A DNA stretch of 31,975 bases from Candidatus Cloacimonadota bacterium (lineage in GTDB: Bacteria; Cloacimonadota; Cloacimonadia; Cloacimonadales; WRIO01), in contig JAKQQL010000471.1 in assembly GCA_029564175.1 (NCBI GenBank), forward strand, positions 1-31,975. Direction: 5' to 3'. Positions 29,479-31,975 of this stretch are shown here, in pieces. The translations under genes were made by a program, and so were the position numbers. The notes beneath the pieces were generated by a model, which saw nothing but the letters and a program-made list of their open reading frames with translations, ran no database searches and had not been told where the DNA came from. The stretch's first letter is position 1. Each line of letters opens with the position of its first letter.

Positions 29479-30357
29479 TTATGCATGAGCTGTTACCGGA
29501 TGCGAAAATTCACGATTGAGTAAGAAATCATTCCCAGCAATCATCATAGTCTCGTTTTTTGATTTTGAACAGGATTCTAAAATAGCCCTGTACGGTGTAA
29601 AATAGAATATGATTTTTTGATAAAACTCATGTCGGATTAGCTGTTGTAACTCCTTTAGTGTCCATTTTTTATCGGCAATAAAATCAAATAAATGCAGATT
29701 TTTGTTCTGATCCAGTTTGTAAATCAGAATGATTTGATGGCGTGGCGAATAGTATATGTTGTCTGCATATAAGCCTGAAACATACCATCTGCAGATGGCG
29801 TTTGAGTTTCCAATGTAAAAAATATCTGAATTATAGATACGTTTATCAAGAATTTGATTAAATAAGGAATAATCTTCTCCATTTTCAAGGTCTAAGTGTA
29901 ACAGATTATTTTGGGAACATAGGCATTCTGATTTTAAATTAAGTGTATATTGAAAATCATGGGTTGTTTGAAAACCAAATTTTTCGTAGAAATGAATTGC
30001 GTTTTCTTCAGGAAACAGATAAAAGAAATCACATTCATTTTTCAGATGGTTCATCACTTTATTTATAAGTGCAGTACATAAGCCTTGATTTCTGTAATCA
30101 GAATGAGTCATGACGGTCCCTATTTGTATCACTTTATAGAGTAAACCCTCAGAAAACATTGTCAGTTTATTTACAGAGACATTGGCTACAACCTTCTGAT
30201 TGTGGATAAAAGACCAAGGGATATAATCAGCGCTCCATCCGCCTGCTTGATACCATTTCTCAAAATCGATTCCAAATATCTGGTTTGCCAGTTGATTAAA
30301 ACTCAGTCTCAATTTATTATCTGATTTGTAATCCTTTATGATGCTCAATTGATTCAT
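29479..30357 (-). CDS. GNAT family N-acetyltransferase
   Basis: QIGTVMTHSDYRNQGL and AIHFYEKFGF acetyl-CoA motifs; SD GGAGGTG. Confidence 0.9.
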   Translation of the reverse strand: MNQLSIIKDYKSDNKLRLSFNQLANQIFGIDFEKWYQAGGWSADYIPWSFIHNQKVVANVSVNKLTMFSEGLLYKVIQIGTVMTHSDYRNQGLCTALINKVMNHLKNECDFFYLFPEENAIHFYEKFGFQTTHDFQYTLNLKSECLCSQNNLLHLDLENGEDYSLFNQILDKRIYNSDIFYIGNSNAICRWYVSGLYADNIYYSPRHQIILIYKLDQNKNLHLFDFIADKKWTLKELQQLIRHEFYQKIIFYFTPYRAILESCSKSKNETMMIAGNDFLLNREFSHPVTAHA

Positions 30358-30610
30358 AAAACACCTCCACGAACTGACTACAAGCTAGATGATTGCAGTA
30401 CATTTGTAAATGATAGGAACATAATCAGCTAATAACGTCAAGAAAAAAATAAAAAATTTTAAATTAGTTGTGTTGGATACAAGGATTTTGGATATAATCA
30501 TAGACGCTTTATATTCAAATGGAGTAATTATATACGAATTTCAGTTGACTTAATGGCCAGTCTGGATTTTTGGGGATAAAAAGAAAATTGGAAAAGAGAA
30601 AGAAGGAATA

Positions 30611-31228
30611 ATGATAGAAATGATAGGATATATTGCATCAGTTGTGATTGCTGTATCACTGATGATGAAAAAAATCAGAAAATTGAGATGGTATAATTTA
30701 ATTGGAGCCGGACTAATGTCAGCTTATGGTTTTATGCTGGGTTCTTTACCTGTGGCTTTGTTAAATCTGTTTATCGCATTTGTAGATATCTATTATTTAT
30801 GGCAGATGTATGGGAAAAAAGAATATTATAAATTGCTTGAAATGCCTGCAGACCGTGTATATTTAGAATATTTTCTGAATTTTTACAAGGAAGATATTAA
30901 ACGATATTTCCCTAATTTTGATTTTCAGGTAAAAGAAGAAAATATGCACCTGGTGGTTTTAAGAAATCTGATACCTGCCGGATTGATGATTGCCTGTCAA
31001 AAGGATGAATGTTTGCATATAGAGATTGAGTATGTGATACCTGAGTATCGTGATAATAAAATCGGAGATTTTCTGTTTAACAAGCAACAGGAATATTTTT
31101 TTAGAAAAGGGATTAAATGCTTTATCACAGATCCTCACTCAGAATCTTTTGAAAAGTATCTTAAATATATGGGCTTTGTCCAAAAAGAATATGCTAAGTA
31201 TCACAAAGAAATTGAAAAAAAATGGTGA
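30611..31228 (+). CDS. Membrane protein (about 3 TM, YgjV-like N-terminus) fused to a GNAT-like domain
   Basis: GYIASVVIAVSLMMKKIRKLRWYNLIGA hydrophobic N-terminus; C-terminal YVIPEYRDNKIG and YLKYMGF. Confidence 0.75.
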   Translation: MIEMIGYIASVVIAVSLMMKKIRKLRWYNLIGAGLMSAYGFMLGSLPVALLNLFIAFVDIYYLWQMYGKKEYYKLLEMPADRVYLEYFLNFYKEDIKRYFPNFDFQVKEENMHLVVLRNLIPAGLMIACQKDECLHIEIEYVIPEYRDNKIGDFLFNKQQEYFFRKGIKCFITDPHSESFEKYLKYMGFVQKEYAKYHKEIEKKW

Positions 31229-31346
31229 TCAGTATAATTATTTATTGGCATAGGTATCATCTATCTCTCAGAGCCGATTTCTGAAACACTAAAACAACGA
31301 AAAGCACAAAATATTTTCATTTTTATTTCTGAATTAAAGATTTTGC

Positions 31347-31374
31347 TTGACTTTTAGAAAAGAATCATTAGTTT
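31347..31374 (+). promoter_or_regulatory. Putative sigma70 promoter
   Basis: TTGACT, 16 bp, TAGTTT; same geometry as the predicted ffs promoter. Confidence 0.4.
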
Positions 31375-31467
31375 TTGTCATTGAAGCTAATATGAAATGT
31401 TTTAATAAGATGAGACTCTTTCGATTTACTGTATGCGAAAGGTGATAAAAATGGAGGTTTAGAAGAG

Positions 31468-31975
31468 ATGAAGAGATTTTTGATGACACTCATTTGTGTT
31501 TTTATGATGTATGGTTTGACAGCTTTGGACAGAGACGATATCATTGAGTCAAAAGACTATTATTATGGCGAGAATACCGGAAGTAATTATCAGCAGGTGA
31601 GAGATTATGCCATAAAGAATCTGGCAGATAAGCTGGTTATCTATGTGAAGAGTTCAATGAACAACAGGATTTCCGAGACTGCCGGTCAAGCAGATGAAAA
31701 GATTGAATCTGTGATTCAGACCTATTCTATCGGAACTTTTAAAAACTTGCAGGAAATCAAATCAGCTCAAGGTGGCAAACTCAATGTCTTTGTCTATATC
31801 AAAAAATCGGATGTGGAAGCCCTGTTCAATGAGAGAAAACAGCTGATTGCCGATATCTATGCTCAGGCTGTGAAAATGGAAGAAAGTAATAACATTGGCA
31901 ATGCCCTGAAATATTACTACTTTATTACGGTTCTGATGAACTCTCTGCCGGATGAACGGGTCGAATATAAGGGAC
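31468..31975 (+). CDS. Secreted hypothetical protein, possibly LPP20-like N-terminal domain; 3'-truncated, absent from ORF track
   Basis: SD GGAGGT 31453-31458; open to the window end: MKRFLMTLICVFMMYGLTALDRDDIIESKDYYYGENTGSNYQQVRDYAIKNLADKL...NALKYYY... Confidence 0.8.
   Translation, partial: MKRFLMTLICVFMMYGLTALDRDDIIESKDYYYGENTGSNYQQVRDYAIKNLADKLVIYVKSSMNNRISETAGQADEKIESVIQTYSIGTFKNLQEIKSAQGGKLNVFVYIKKSDVEALFNERKQLIADIYAQAVKMEESNNIGNALKYYYFITVLMNSLPDERVEYKG

Noticed and set aside
31245..31262. TTGGCA as a second sigma54 site
   Set aside because: No GC at the required GG-N10 position.
31393..31446. 17-codon ORF MKCFNKMRLFRFTVCER with a small CTTTCG/CGAAAG hairpin
   Set aside because: No SD, no coupling to the downstream gene, no recognised motif.

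Overview
AT-rich bacterial chromosomal window, most likely Candidatus Cloacimonadota (inferred from two secreted proteins with the 'NYPNPFNP...IYNIKGQKV...SGIYFY...KMLLIK' FlgD-Ig/T9SS-like tail). No CRISPR array, tRNA/rRNA, transposase or phage gene was recognised. Left part: a 5'-truncated CapA-family secreted protein, an orphan basic protein behind a phased inverted-repeat element, a family-3 solute-binding gene broken by one extra A in an A8 run, a soluble PAS/HisKA_2 kinase, fba-gap, and a transporter-less cluster of family-5 solute-binding protein + membrane PAS protein + hybrid kinase. Centre: SRP RNA (ffs) and a long minus-strand run lptB-rpoN-lpdA-hpf-(Cys-rich small ORF)-hprK-ptsH-ptsI-pgi-pgi/pmi-metK, preceded by a sigma54 -24/-12 site. 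Right part: GNAT, M14 carboxypeptidase, a sulfite-oxidase-fold lipoprotein with Ser at the Mo-ligand Cys position and a second internal start, a membrane/GNAT-like fusion, and a 3'-truncated secreted protein. Best leads: the atypical sulfite-oxidase-fold protein, the SBP-PAS-kinase sensing cluster, the rewired rpoN/PTS operon, the repeat + orphan gene unit, and the structured metK leader.
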